Positions 37,747 to 48,978 of a stretch of DNA of 64,000 nucleotides are shown here, piece by piece. The translations under genes and the position numbers were made by a program. The stretch is from Candidatus Scatovivens sp. (lineage in GTDB: Bacteria > Bacillota > Clostridia > TANB77 > CAG-508). Under the pieces are notes generated by a model. The model was not told where the DNA came from. It made no database searches and worked only from the letters and a program-made list of their open reading frames with translations. The stretch is from the NCBI GenBank assembly GCA_045646345.1, contig JAZRKN010000009.1, positions 19,599 through 83,598 on the forward strand. The letters run 5' to 3'. Each line of letters starts with the position of its first letter. The stretch's first letter is position 1.

Positions 37747-40700
37747 ATGCCAAAATATATAAAAGAAGTTTTCAATGATTATGTGATTGATAATAATTTA
37801 ATAGAAGCAGAAATTGAGAATATAAATTTATATAAAAAAACGAATAAATTACAAATAAAATTAGCATCTTCAAAAGTTATAACTTTGCAAAACATAGAGA
37901 GTTTTGAGGAATATTTGGTAAAGACTTTTAAAGTAAATAAGGCTTCTATTGATATAAATTATAATGATGTAGTAATTGATCAAAATATATCAGAAAATTG
38001 GAATAATATAATTAAATATATTGCCAAAAAAGAACCTTTTAGTAAAGCAATTTTAACAAATAGTAAAATTGAAATACAAGACTCTGATGTTGTTAAGGTA
38101 AAGTTAGCTATGAAAGGTGCTTCTTTTTTAGTTGCTCAAAAATTTGATAAAGGATTAGAGCATCTATTTAGTAACCTTTATAACAAACAATACGTTGTAG
38201 AGTTTATTGAAGATGTTTCGGAAAATTTTGAAAAAGAGTTAATTGAAAGAAGGAAACAAGAAGAAAAAGAAGCTTTAATGGAACTTGAAAGACAAGCTTT
38301 AATTGAAGTAGAACAAGCAAAAGAAAGAAAGAAACAAGAAAAAGAAGCTGAAAAAGAAAGAAAACGTGAAGAAGATGAAAAACTAAAAGAAACTTTAAGA
38401 CAACAAAATCCAGAACTTGCTGCAAAAATTGAAGCTCATCAAAATAAAGACCCTGAAGTTAAGGACGAAGCATCACCTTTAATTTTAGGTAGAAGCATGA
38501 TGATAAGAACTGAACTTGTAAAAATAGAAAATATTCCAATGACAGAAGATGCGGATATAAGAGTTTGTGTTGATGGAGAAATTTTAGATGGTTCAATTGA
38601 TTCGAGAGATATAAAAGATGAAAAAACAATCTTGATGTTTAATCTTTTTGATGGAACAAGTACTATTGGTTGTAAAGCTTTCTTGCCTAAAGATAAATTA
38701 AAAGAAGTAAAAGGAAGAATTTCATCTGCAAAAGGTTTAAGAATAGAAGGGCAAGCAAGATATAGTCCATACTCAAAAGAAGTTGAAATTATGGCGAATA
38801 CAATATTAGAATCAACTGGTTTCAAAAAAGAAAAGAGAATGGATAATAGTGAACAAAAAAGAGTTGAGCTTCATATGCATACTCAAATGAGCCAAATGGA
38901 TGCTATTACTCCTTGTAGTGATTTGATAAAAAGAGCAATTTCATGGGGATGGAATTCAATTGCAATTACAGATCACGGTGTTGTTCAAAGTTTCCCGGAT
39001 GCGCATAAGCTTTTGGGAAAAGTAGGAGATGTTATTAAAGTTATATATGGAGTTGAAGCTTATTTCTGTCCAGATAAAGATCCTGCTGTAATAAATTCAA
39101 AAGGTCAAGAAATAGATACAGAATATTGTGTATTTGACTTAGAAACAACAGGTTTATCACATATAACAGAAAAAATTACAGAGATTGGTATTATAAAAAT
39201 AAAAAATGGTGAAGTAATTGATACTTTTGAGACATTTGTAAATCCAGAAAAACCAATACCACAAGAAGTTGTAGAAGTAACTCATATCACAGATGATATG
39301 GTAAAAGATGCAGAAACAATTGATAAAATAATGCCAAAAGTATTAGAGTTTATGAAAGGTTCTGTTTTAGTAGCTCATAATGCCGATTTTGATATTGGTT
39401 TTATGAAATATAATTGTGAGCAATTAGGATTACCTTTTAACTTTACTCATATAGATACACTTCGTTTAGCGAAAGCTATATTCCCAGAATTTACAAGATA
39501 TAAATTAGGATTTATAGCAGATAAATTAGGTATAAAAGTAGAAGTTGCACACCGTGCTTTAGATGACGTTAAAACTTTAGTTCAAGTATTTAACGAAATG
39601 ATTTTAAAAGCTAAAGACAGAGATGCAAAGACGATAGATGATTTTGATAATGTATTTGAAACTGATTTTAGAAAACTACCAGCATATCATATGATAATTT
39701 TAGCAAAAGACTATGTTGGACTAAAAAATCTTTATAAATTAGTATCTTATTCGCATTTGGATTATTTCTATAAAAAACCAAGGATATTAAAATCTATGCT
39801 TAATCAATATAGAGAAGGGTTAATTATAGGAAGTGCGTGTGAAGCGGGAGAACTTTATAGAGCGATTGTTTCGGGAAAATCTGATGAAGATTTAGAAGAA
39901 ATAGCAAGTTACTATGATTATTTAGAAATTCAACCTTTGGCAAATAATGAATATATGATTCGTGAAGGTCAAGTTGAAAGTTGGGATACATTAAGAAACT
40001 TCAATAAAAAAATAGTTGAGCTTGGAGAAAAGATGAATAAACCTGTAGTAGCTACATGTGATGTTCATTTCATGGATCCTCAAGATGAAGTATATAGAAG
40101 AATACTTCAAGCTGGTCAAAAATATGATGATGCAGATAATCAAGCTCCGCTTTATTTAAGAACAACAGAAGAAATGCTTGAAGAATTTAGTTATTTAGGA
40201 GAGGAAAAAGCATTTGAAGTTGTTGTAACAAATACAAATAAAGTTGCGGATATGTGTGAAAGAATAAGACCTATTTCACCTGAAAAATGTCCGCCACATA
40301 TCCCGGGATGTGAAGAGGATATTAAAAGAATTACTTTTGAAAAAGCTCATGAACTATATGGTGATCCACTTCCAGAAATAATTCAAACAAGGCTAGATAA
40401 AGAATTAAATTCTATTATAAATAATGGATATTCCGTAATGTATATTATTGCTCAAAAGTTAGTTTGGAAATCAAATGAAGATGGATATATAGTAGGTTCC
40501 AGAGGATCTGTTGGTTCATCTTTGGTAGCATTTATGACGGGTATTACAGAAGTAAACTCACTTCAACCACATTATAGATGTCCAAAATGTAAATATTCTG
40601 ATTTTACAGATTATGGAATTGGAAATGGATATGATCTTCCGGATAAAGATTGTCCAGTATGTGGTGAAAAACTTGCTAAAGATGGAATGGATATACCGTT

Positions 40701-42174
40701 TGAAACTTTCCTTGGATTTAATGGAGATAAAGAACCTGATATCGACTTAAACTTCTCAGGAGAATATCAAGCAAAAGCACATAAATATACTGAAGTTATA
40801 TTCGGAAAAGGTACTACTTATAAAGCTGGAACAGTTGGTACTGTTGCTGATAAAACTGCCTTTGGATATGCAAAAAATTATTTTGAAGAAAGAAATATAA
40901 TAAAACCAAATGCTGAGGTTGCAAGAGTTTCTGCAGGTTGTGTTGGAGTAAAAAGAACTACTGGACAACACCCGGGAGGAATCATAGTTGTACCTAAAGG
41001 AAGAGAAATTTTTGAGTTTACTCCTGTACAACACCCAGCAGATGATGCAGGTTCTGATATCGTAACAACTCATTTTGATTATCACTCAATAGATGCAAAT
41101 TTATTGAAGCTTGATATTCTGGGTCATGACGATCCGACAGTTATTCGTATGCTTCAAGATTTGAGTGGAATAGCGCCAACTCAAATTCCACTGGATGATA
41201 AAGAAACAATGTCTATATTTAATTCTACAGATGCTCTTGGAGTGACTCCAGAACAAATAGGTTCAGAAGTAGGAACTTTTGGGATACCAGAATATGGTAC
41301 AAAATTTGCTCGAGGGATGCTTGTGGACACTCGTCCAACAACATTTGATGAATTAATTCGTTTGTCTGGTTTATCACATGGTACAGACGTATGGCTTGGA
41401 AATGCTCAAAGTTTAATTGAAGAAGGAGTGGTTACTCTTAAAGAAGCAATATGCTGTCGTGATGATATTATGGTTTATTTAATGAAAAGAGGATTACCAC
41501 CAGATAAAGCATTTAAGATAATGGAAACAGTTCGTAAAGGAAAAGCTTTAAAAGATCCTGAAAAATGGGAAGGATTTAAAGCGGTTATGAAAGAGTTTGA
41601 TATACCAGAATGGTATGTAAAATCTTGTGAGAAAATAAAATACATGTTCCCTAAAGCCCATGCTGCAGCTTATGTAACAAATGCGTTTAGAATTGCTTGG
41701 TTTAAAGTACATATGCCACTTGCTTATTATGCTGCATATTTTACTATTAGAGCAAAAGCATTTGATGCTGAATTTATGATAAATGGAAAAAGAATTGTAG
41801 AAGATAAAATGAAAGAAATTACTGCACTTGGAAACAATGCTGCACCAAAAGATAAAGACATGTATGATGACTTAGAACTTGTGCATGAAATGTATGAAAG
41901 AGGATTAGAATTTTTACCAGTAGATTTATATAAATCGCATAGTACCAAATTCTTAATCGAAGATGGAAAACTTCGTCCACCTCTAAATTCAATTGCTGGT
42001 CTTGGAAATGTTGCTGCTGAAAGTATTTATGCGGCAAGATGTGAAGAACCATTCGAATGTATTGAAGACTTACAAGCGCGTTCTAAGATAGGAAAATCAA
42101 TTACTGAACTTTTAGAAAAGTTTGGTTGCTTAAAAGGAATGACTAAATCAAATCAAATGAGCTTATTTGTGTAA
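37747..42174 (+). CDS. polC: DNA polymerase III alpha subunit, PolC type (Gram-positive)
   Basis: 1475 aa; PHP domain (HMHTQMS), DEDDh 3'-5' exonuclease domain (CVFDLETTG...HRALDD), zinc-finger insertion (CPKC...CPVCG), polymerase core. Confidence 0.95.
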   Translation: MPKYIKEVFNDYVIDNNLIEAEIENINLYKKTNKLQIKLASSKVITLQNIESFEEYLVKTFKVNKASIDINYNDVVIDQNISENWNNIIKYIAKKEPFSKAILTNSKIEIQDSDVVKVKLAMKGASFLVAQKFDKGLEHLFSNLYNKQYVVEFIEDVSENFEKELIERRKQEEKEALMELERQALIEVEQAKERKKQEKEAEKERKREEDEKLKETLRQQNPELAAKIEAHQNKDPEVKDEASPLILGRSMMIRTELVKIENIPMTEDADIRVCVDGEILDGSIDSRDIKDEKTILMFNLFDGTSTIGCKAFLPKDKLKEVKGRISSAKGLRIEGQARYSPYSKEVEIMANTILESTGFKKEKRMDNSEQKRVELHMHTQMSQMDAITPCSDLIKRAISWGWNSIAITDHGVVQSFPDAHKLLGKVGDVIKVIYGVEAYFCPDKDPAVINSKGQEIDTEYCVFDLETTGLSHITEKITEIGIIKIKNGEVIDTFETFVNPEKPIPQEVVEVTHITDDMVKDAETIDKIMPKVLEFMKGSVLVAHNADFDIGFMKYNCEQLGLPFNFTHIDTLRLAKAIFPEFTRYKLGFIADKLGIKVEVAHRALDDVKTLVQVFNEMILKAKDRDAKTIDDFDNVFETDFRKLPAYHMIILAKDYVGLKNLYKLVSYSHLDYFYKKPRILKSMLNQYREGLIIGSACEAGELYRAIVSGKSDEDLEEIASYYDYLEIQPLANNEYMIREGQVESWDTLRNFNKKIVELGEKMNKPVVATCDVHFMDPQDEVYRRILQAGQKYDDADNQAPLYLRTTEEMLEEFSYLGEEKAFEVVVTNTNKVADMCERIRPISPEKCPPHIPGCEEDIKRITFEKAHELYGDPLPEIIQTRLDKELNSIINNGYSVMYIIAQKLVWKSNEDGYIVGSRGSVGSSLVAFMTGITEVNSLQPHYRCPKCKYSDFTDYGIGNGYDLPDKDCPVCGEKLAKDGMDIPFETFLGFNGDKEPDIDLNFSGEYQAKAHKYTEVIFGKGTTYKAGTVGTVADKTAFGYAKNYFEERNIIKPNAEVARVSAGCVGVKRTTGQHPGGIIVVPKGREIFEFTPVQHPADDAGSDIVTTHFDYHSIDANLLKLDILGHDDPTVIRMLQDLSGIAPTQIPLDDKETMSIFNSTDALGVTPEQIGSEVGTFGIPEYGTKFARGMLVDTRPTTFDELIRLSGLSHGTDVWLGNAQSLIEEGVVTLKEAICCRDDIMVYLMKRGLPPDKAFKIMETVRKGKALKDPEKWEGFKAVMKEFDIPEWYVKSCEKIKYMFPKAHAAAYVTNAFRIAWFKVHMPLAYYAAYFTIRAKAFDAEFMINGKRIVEDKMKEITALGNNAAPKDKDMYDDLELVHEMYERGLEFLPVDLYKSHSTKFLIEDGKLRPPLNSIAGLGNVAAESIYAARCEEPFECIEDLQARSKIGKSITELLEKFGCLKGMTKSNQMSLFV

Positions 42175-42209
42175 TAGGCTCATTTGATTACAAATGAAAG
42201 GAAGAAAAA

Positions 42210-42503
42210 ATGAAAGCATTACTTGGATTAATTAATTGGAAATATGTTTTAATTTATTTACTTGCTATAAATGTTATTGGTTTTCTTGCAATGGGAATCG
42301 ATAAATTAAAGGCAAAAAAAGATTGGTGGAGAATTCCAGAAGGCACTTTAATGACAATATGTTTATTGGGTGGAGGAATTGGAACAATTGCTGGTATATA
42401 TACATTTAGACATAAAACAAAAAAATTAAAATTTACAGTAGGAATGCCAACAATTTTGATTTCTGAAATTGCTTTAGTGATATATTTGTTTATAAAATAT
42501 TAA
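42210..42503 (+). CDS. DUF1294 family membrane protein
   Basis: 97 aa with 3 TMs, DUF1294 pattern (GIDKLKAKKDWWRIPE...LGGGIG). Confidence 0.6.
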   Translation: MKALLGLINWKYVLIYLLAINVIGFLAMGIDKLKAKKDWWRIPEGTLMTICLLGGGIGTIAGIYTFRHKTKKLKFTVGMPTILISEIALVIYLFIKY

Positions 42504-42636
42504 TACAAAAAATATTGTATTATATTATAAAAAACAGAAGAGGAATATTACATATTTTATACAAATACAGTAAGTATCTTGATTTTTAAACTAGTTGAGA
42601 TATAATTTTGTTGTAAAATATATTAGGATGTAGAAT

Positions 42637-45600
42637 ATGAAAAAATTAGTTAGTTTAACATATCCGCAAAAATCAATACTACTTACAGAGAAGTTTTACA
42701 AAAATGCTTCTATGAATAATATTTGTGGGACAGCAATTATCGATTCTGTTCTTGATTTTGATGCGTTAAAACAAGCAATAAAAGTTGTAATAAAGGAAAA
42801 TGATGTATTCCATATTCACTTATCTCAAAAGAAAAATGAAGTAAAACAATTTATATCATATAATGAAATTACTGATATAGAAATAATAGATATAAAAGAT
42901 GAATCAGAAGTATACTTAATAGAAGATGCATTGATGGCAAAACAATTTAATTTATATGAATCTGATTTATTTGAGTTTAAAATTTTTAGATTTGAAAATG
43001 GTGCTGGAGGTTTTTTATTAAACATTCATCACATTATTTCTGATGGTTGGACATTAGGTTTAACTTGTAGAAAAATTATGAAAGCATATTCAAATATTAA
43101 AAATAATGAAAACGGAGAAGAAGAGACTTTTTCGTATATTGATTATGCAAAAAATGAAGAAGAATATTTTAATAGTTTAAAATTTCAAAAAGATAAAGAA
43201 TACTGGAATGAATTATTTTCAGAAAATATAAATCCAGCAATTTTACCTTCAGATAGTTCTGAGAAAAATACAGAATTTTCATGTTTAGGAGAAAGAATGA
43301 CTTTCTCTATTCCAAAAGCCAAAATGAAAATAATTAATGAATATTGTAGTAAAAATAAATTGACTGTATTCAATTTTCTTATGGCAATTTATTCAGTTTA
43401 TATTTCAAAAATTATTGGTTCAGATGATTTTAGTATTGGAACACCAATATTAAATAGAACAAATTTTAAAGAGAAAAATATAATTGGTATGTTTGTAAAT
43501 GTTGTTCCTTTTAAAGTAAAGGTAGAACAATCTGCAGACTTTATTAGTTTTGCAAGTAATCTTTCAAAAGATACTGTTTCATTATTAAGACATCAAAAAT
43601 ATCCATATCAAATGTTATTAGAAGATTTGAGAAAAAAAGACTCTTCAATTCCAAATCTTTATAACGTTGTTTTGTCATATCAATTAACAAAAGCTAACAA
43701 TGAAACTGAATACAAATATTCAACTAGATGGGCATTCAATAAGAATGTAACTGACGATATGACTATTCAATTTTTGGATTTAGATGAACAAGGAATATTA
43801 ACTGTTTGTTATGATTTTAAAAAATTAAAATATTCAAATGAATATGTGAAAAATATGCATTCTAGAATTTTAGAAATGATTAATAAAGTCTTAGAAACAG
43901 AAAATATATGTGTAAAAGATATAGAAATCATTACTAAAAATGAAAGAGAAAAACTTTTAGTTGATTTTAATAATACTGAAGTTAAATATGATAAAAATAA
44001 GAATGTAATAAAAACATTTAAAGAAATGGTAAAAAAATACCCAGAGAAAATTGCTATAAGCTTTGAAAATAGACAAATGACTTATAAAGAATTGAATCAA
44101 AAATCAAATATTTTAGCTAATAGTTTAATTAAAGAAGGAGCAAAAGCAAAAGATATAATTGCTATTTGTGTAAATCGTTCTTTGGAATTAGCTATTGGTC
44201 TTTTAGCAATATTAAAAGTTGGAGCAGCATATTTACCAATAGATCCAGAATATCCAGAAGATAGAATTGAGTATATGTTAACAGATAGTAATGCTAAAAT
44301 GATACTTTCAAATAAGAGAACTCAAAGTGCAATAAATGAAAAAATAAAAATAAAAAGAATTGATATTGGATTAGAATCTACTGTTTACAATAGAGAAAAT
44401 ATAGAAATTGAAGAAAAAATATTACCAGAAGATTTGATTTATTTGATATATACTTCAGGTTCTACTGGAAAACCAAAGGGTGTTATGTTAAAACACAAAA
44501 ATATAATTAATTTCTTACTTGGAACAAAGGAAGTTATTGATTTTAATCCAGAAAAAATAATGGTATCAATAACTACAATATGTTTTGATATATTCGTTTT
44601 AGAATTTTGGGGTGCATTAACTTCTGGTATGACATTGGTTTTAGCAAATGAAGTAGAACAAAATAATGCTGTGGCGTTAAATAAACTTTGTTTAGAAAAT
44701 AAAGTAACTATGATTCAAACCACTCCTTCTAGATTTAAAGCATTACTTGAAAATAAATCTGCAACTGAGTTTGTCAAAAAAATGACAGATATTATGGTTG
44801 GAGGAGAAGGACTACCAAAAGGTTTGATTGACAAGTTTGAAGGTTTAACTAATGCTAATATTTTTAATATGTACGGTCCAACTGAAACGGCAGTATGGTC
44901 TACTATTAAAAAGGTTAGAAGCAAAGATAAAATTACAATAGGAAAACCGATTGCAAATACTAAATGCTATATTTTGGATAAAGATCAAAATATACTTCCA
45001 ATATATGTTCCAGGGGAATTATATATCGGTGGGGATGGAGTTTCTAGAGGATATTTAAATAGAGATGAATTAACAAATGAGAAATTCATTAAATCTCCAT
45101 TTGAAAAAAATGAGATTATTTATAATACAAATGATTTGGCTTATTATACAAATAGTGGAGAAATAGTTCATTTAGGAAGAACTGATTTTCAAGTTAAAAT
45201 TAGAGGTTATAGAATTGAGCTTGAAGAAATTGAAAACGAAGTAAATAAGATACCTGGAATTTTAAATAATGTGGTAGTGGCAGATGAAAATCAAAAATAT
45301 TTGATTTGTTATTATATATCTAATGAAATTCAAGATACCAATAAAATAACTGCTAGTCTACTAAAAGAACTTCCTAATTATATGATACCAGCGGTATTTT
45401 TCAAGATTGATGAATTTCCACTTACTCCAAATGGAAAATTGGATAGAAAAAAATTACCGAAAGTAAAATTAGAAACAACAAATCTTAATGTAGGACAAAC
45501 AAAGACAGAGAAAATCTTAACTAAAATTATTGCTGAAATTTTAGAAGTAGAAAAAGTAGATATAGATACACCTTTTATGGTATTAGGATTAGATTCTTTG

Positions 45601-46941
45601 GGAATTATTGAGGCGCAAACAATGCTTCTTCAATATAATTACAATTTAAATACACAAGACTTTTATAAATTTACAACTATAAGAAGTTTGGCTGAAAATA
45701 TAGACAGTAATTCGAAGAGTGATAAAAATCAAGATTATCAAATACCAGAAAAATTCAAACATAATATAGAAAAAAATGATTTAGATGATTTGACTAAAGA
45801 AAATGATTCACTAGGAAATGTATTTTTGACAGGAGCAAATGGTTTTATAGGAATACATTTGTTAAATGAATTATTAAAAAATACAGAGTCTAAAATTTAT
45901 TGCTTAGTAAGAGGTAAGAGAGAACAAACTCCAAAAGAAAGATTGATAGAACAATACAAATTTTACTTTGGAGAAGATTTATCAAGTTATTTAGAGAGTA
46001 GAGTTATTGTTGTTGACGGTTCTATTTCAGAAAATAATATAGGATTAACAGATAATGTGATAAAAAAATTAAAAGAAGATGTTTCAACAGTAATACATAC
46101 AGCAGCTAGAGTAAAACACTATGGAGAATATAAAGAATTTGAAAGAATAAATATTGATGGAACAAGAAATGTAGCTGAGTTTTCTTTAGAAAATAATTTT
46201 AAACTTATACATATATCTTCAATAAGTGTATCTGGAAATTATCTTGTAAAGCAAGATAATAGAGATTTAGATTTTACAGAAAATGATTTATATATAGGAC
46301 AAAATTATAAAGATAATGTATATGTTAATAGTAAATTCGAAGCGGAAAAAATAGTATTAGACTATATGGAAAAAGGATTAGTTTCGCAAATCCATAGAAT
46401 TGGAATTTTGTCAGGAAGATTTTCGGATGGTAAATTTCAAGAAAATATATCAGAAAATGCATTTTATACAAGAATAAAGTCAATGGTTGTTTTAGGATGC
46501 GTTTCAAAAGAAATGTTAGAACAAAAAATAGAATTTACACCAGTTGATGTTTGTTCTAAAGCGATAATAAATCTTGCAAAAACGAATGTTGCAGATAATA
46601 AAGTTTTCCATTTATACAATCATAATTTTATTGAAATTAGAGAGATTGTAGAAGGATTAAAATCTATTGGAGTTAATATTAAGATTGTTTTTGAAGAGGA
46701 ATTCCAAAATAAAATATTAGAAATTTCAAAAGGAAAAGATGCTCAAATTTTATTTGGAATAATAAATGATATAAATAATACAAAAAATTCAAAGATATCT
46801 ATTGACTATAATTTTTCTGTAAATATAAAATCTGATTACACACAAAAATATTTGAAAAGTTTAAAAACAGAATGGAATAAGATTGATAAAAAATATATAG
46901 AAAAAATTGTAAAATACATGAGAGAAGTTAAGTTTATTTAA
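42637..46941 (+). CDS. Single-module nonribosomal peptide synthetase, C-A-T-R (terminal thioester reductase)
   Basis: C domain with HHIISDGWTLG; A domain cores LIYTSGSTGKPKGV, NMYGPTETAV, GELYIGGDGVSRGYLN, YNTNDLAYY, GRTDFQVKIRGYRIELEEIE and LPNYMIPAVF...LTPNGKLDRKKL; PCP LGLDSLG (about 45586-45600); R domain with VFLTGANGFIGIHLL NAD(P) motif (about 45800-46941). Confidence 0.85.
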   Translation: MKKLVSLTYPQKSILLTEKFYKNASMNNICGTAIIDSVLDFDALKQAIKVVIKENDVFHIHLSQKKNEVKQFISYNEITDIEIIDIKDESEVYLIEDALMAKQFNLYESDLFEFKIFRFENGAGGFLLNIHHIISDGWTLGLTCRKIMKAYSNIKNNENGEEETFSYIDYAKNEEEYFNSLKFQKDKEYWNELFSENINPAILPSDSSEKNTEFSCLGERMTFSIPKAKMKIINEYCSKNKLTVFNFLMAIYSVYISKIIGSDDFSIGTPILNRTNFKEKNIIGMFVNVVPFKVKVEQSADFISFASNLSKDTVSLLRHQKYPYQMLLEDLRKKDSSIPNLYNVVLSYQLTKANNETEYKYSTRWAFNKNVTDDMTIQFLDLDEQGILTVCYDFKKLKYSNEYVKNMHSRILEMINKVLETENICVKDIEIITKNEREKLLVDFNNTEVKYDKNKNVIKTFKEMVKKYPEKIAISFENRQMTYKELNQKSNILANSLIKEGAKAKDIIAICVNRSLELAIGLLAILKVGAAYLPIDPEYPEDRIEYMLTDSNAKMILSNKRTQSAINEKIKIKRIDIGLESTVYNRENIEIEEKILPEDLIYLIYTSGSTGKPKGVMLKHKNIINFLLGTKEVIDFNPEKIMVSITTICFDIFVLEFWGALTSGMTLVLANEVEQNNAVALNKLCLENKVTMIQTTPSRFKALLENKSATEFVKKMTDIMVGGEGLPKGLIDKFEGLTNANIFNMYGPTETAVWSTIKKVRSKDKITIGKPIANTKCYILDKDQNILPIYVPGELYIGGDGVSRGYLNRDELTNEKFIKSPFEKNEIIYNTNDLAYYTNSGEIVHLGRTDFQVKIRGYRIELEEIENEVNKIPGILNNVVVADENQKYLICYYISNEIQDTNKITASLLKELPNYMIPAVFFKIDEFPLTPNGKLDRKKLPKVKLETTNLNVGQTKTEKILTKIIAEILEVEKVDIDTPFMVLGLDSLGIIEAQTMLLQYNYNLNTQDFYKFTTIRSLAENIDSNSKSDKNQDYQIPEKFKHNIEKNDLDDLTKENDSLGNVFLTGANGFIGIHLLNELLKNTESKIYCLVRGKREQTPKERLIEQYKFYFGEDLSSYLESRVIVVDGSISENNIGLTDNVIKKLKEDVSTVIHTAARVKHYGEYKEFERINIDGTRNVAEFSLENNFKLIHISSISVSGNYLVKQDNRDLDFTENDLYIGQNYKDNVYVNSKFEAEKIVLDYMEKGLVSQIHRIGILSGRFSDGKFQENISENAFYTRIKSMVVLGCVSKEMLEQKIEFTPVDVCSKAIINLAKTNVADNKVFHLYNHNFIEIREIVEGLKSIGVNIKIVFEEEFQNKILEISKGKDAQILFGIINDINNTKNSKISIDYNFSVNIKSDYTQKYLKSLKTEWNKIDKKYIEKIVKYMREVKFI

Positions 46942-46955
46942 ACGGAGGGATACTT

Positions 46956-48961
46956 GTGAGAAATAAGAAAAAGATAAAATGGAATAGTACACCAAGTAAT
47001 ATAATATCATTCAGATATGCTACTATAGCTTTTTTGATTATATTAGTATTAATGCTTATAATACCTAAAATTTTAAATTATGGACCTGGAACAATAAATA
47101 CACCATTTGATATACAAATGTCTTATGTTTCATTTAATACACAATTTTTGATTTTGGGAATTGTAATTGTTTTGGGAATTGTATTTTTCACAAAGATTGC
47201 CCTAAGAGATATTGATAAGTGGTATAAAATATCTTTAACCAAAAGATATAGTGATAAAGAAAAAATAAAGCAAATTAGAACGAAATGCTTAAGTCTACCG
47301 TATCAATTTTATGCATTTGAGATATTAACACCGTCATTGGTAACAATATTGTTTTTATCGTTAACGGGTAGCCATTTAAGTATAATGATTGCAAAAATTA
47401 TTATATTATTAGCAGCATTTTCAATACTATTGGGTGTTGTATCATTTATATTTTCAAAAAACTTATATGATGAAATATTAACGCAAACTTATATAGAAGG
47501 TTCTGATATTGGATTTAGAGTAAGTCTAAGAAAAAGAATTATTATACTATTATTTCCAATATTTATAGCATCTATAATACTTACTGCGCTTGTGGGATAT
47601 TCAGCTAGTGTTATAGAAAAAGAAGATGCTTTTTATAAAATTTACAATGAGGCTTTAGCAGAAAATTTTGATAAAGAAAAAATATATACACATGAGGAAA
47701 TAAAAAACATTGCCCAAAGAATTAATTTATACACTGATACAGATAGAGTGTTTATTTTAAAACAAAACAAAACCTATGATATGGTAAAAGGGGAAAAAAT
47801 AAGTAATTTTATTGTTGAGTATACGATTCAAATATCTGAACAAAATAATGGAAGATTATATGATAGTTATGGTGTTGATACACAAGGTGCTTCTATAAAA
47901 TTAAAAACAGATAATGGTGAAGTATATGTTGGAATTTTATATGATATTTATGCAGAAACTGCATTTAATTATTTAATACTAACAGCATTATTCTTATTTG
48001 GTATAAGTGGAATTATTATAACTATATTTGCGTCATCAATTTCAAAATCTTTAAGACAAATTCATAAAGGTTTTAGAAATATTTGCGCAGAAAGTGGAAA
48101 AGAAATGCTTTTACCTGTTGTATCGAATGATGAAATTGGTGATTTGGTTGTAGCATTCAATGATATTCAAAAATTAAATAATGCTCAAATAGAAGATATT
48201 CATAATAAACAAAATATGCTTGTTGAAAGAGAACGTTTAGCTTCTTTAGGACAAATGGTTGGAGGAATTGCACATAGTTTAAAAACACCAATTTTCTCAA
48301 TATCAGGAGGAGTGACAGGTTTAACTGATTTGGTAAATGAATTTGATGCATCAATAGGAAATCCAACTGTAAATGATCAAGATATGCATGAGATTGCAAA
48401 TGATATGAGAGTATGGCTTCAAAAAATAAAAGGACAGCTATCATACATGTCTGAAGTAATAACAACTGTAAAAGGACAAGCTGTTAATCTTTCTGGTGAT
48501 GATACGGTTGATTTTACAATAAAAGAATTATTTAGTCATACAAATATTTTGATGAAACATGAACTTCAATCAGCTTTGGTAACATTAAATATTAAAAAGG
48601 AAGTTGATAATAGTATAATTTGAGAAGGAAATATAAATAGTTTAGTACAAGTATTAAATAATTTAATCTCTAATGCAATACAAGCATATAAAAAAGCGCC
48701 AAATAAATCTATTGATTTAAGTGCTAAAATAAAAGATAATAATATTGTTATTTCTGTTAAAGATTATGGACCAGGAATTCCAGAAAATATTAAAGATAAA
48801 TTGTTTAAAGAAATGATAACAACAAAAGGAAAAGAAGGAACTGGGCTTGGAGTGTTTATGTCATATTCAATGATAAAAGCTAAATTTAATGGAGATATAA
48901 AATTAGATACTTCAAGTAACGGAACAGAATTTACGATATATTTACCAATGAATAATAAATA
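46956..48961 (+). pseudogene. Sensor histidine kinase interrupted by a single in-frame TGA (48621-48623) between the DHp and HATPase_c domains
   Basis: Fragment 46956..48623 has an N-terminal polytopic sensor, HAMP and H-box (LASLGQMVGGIAHSLKTP); the in-frame continuation 48624..48961 encodes N-box LVQVLNNLISNAIQAY, G1 VKDYGPGIPE, F-box and G2 GTGLGVFMS but has no start codon; GTG start with GGAGGGA RBS. Confidence 0.7.
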
Positions 48962-48978
48962 ATTTGTGGAGGTATACA

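Noticed and set aside
48621-48623. In-frame TGA in the histidine kinase read as selenocysteine or recoded tryptophan/glycine
   Set aside because: No SECIS-like hairpin is evident immediately downstream, and a Sec in an interdomain linker has no rationale. All other long ORFs in the window lack internal TGA while using TGG for Trp, so there is no evidence of a reassigned genetic code. It was kept as pseudogene or sequencing error (see findings).
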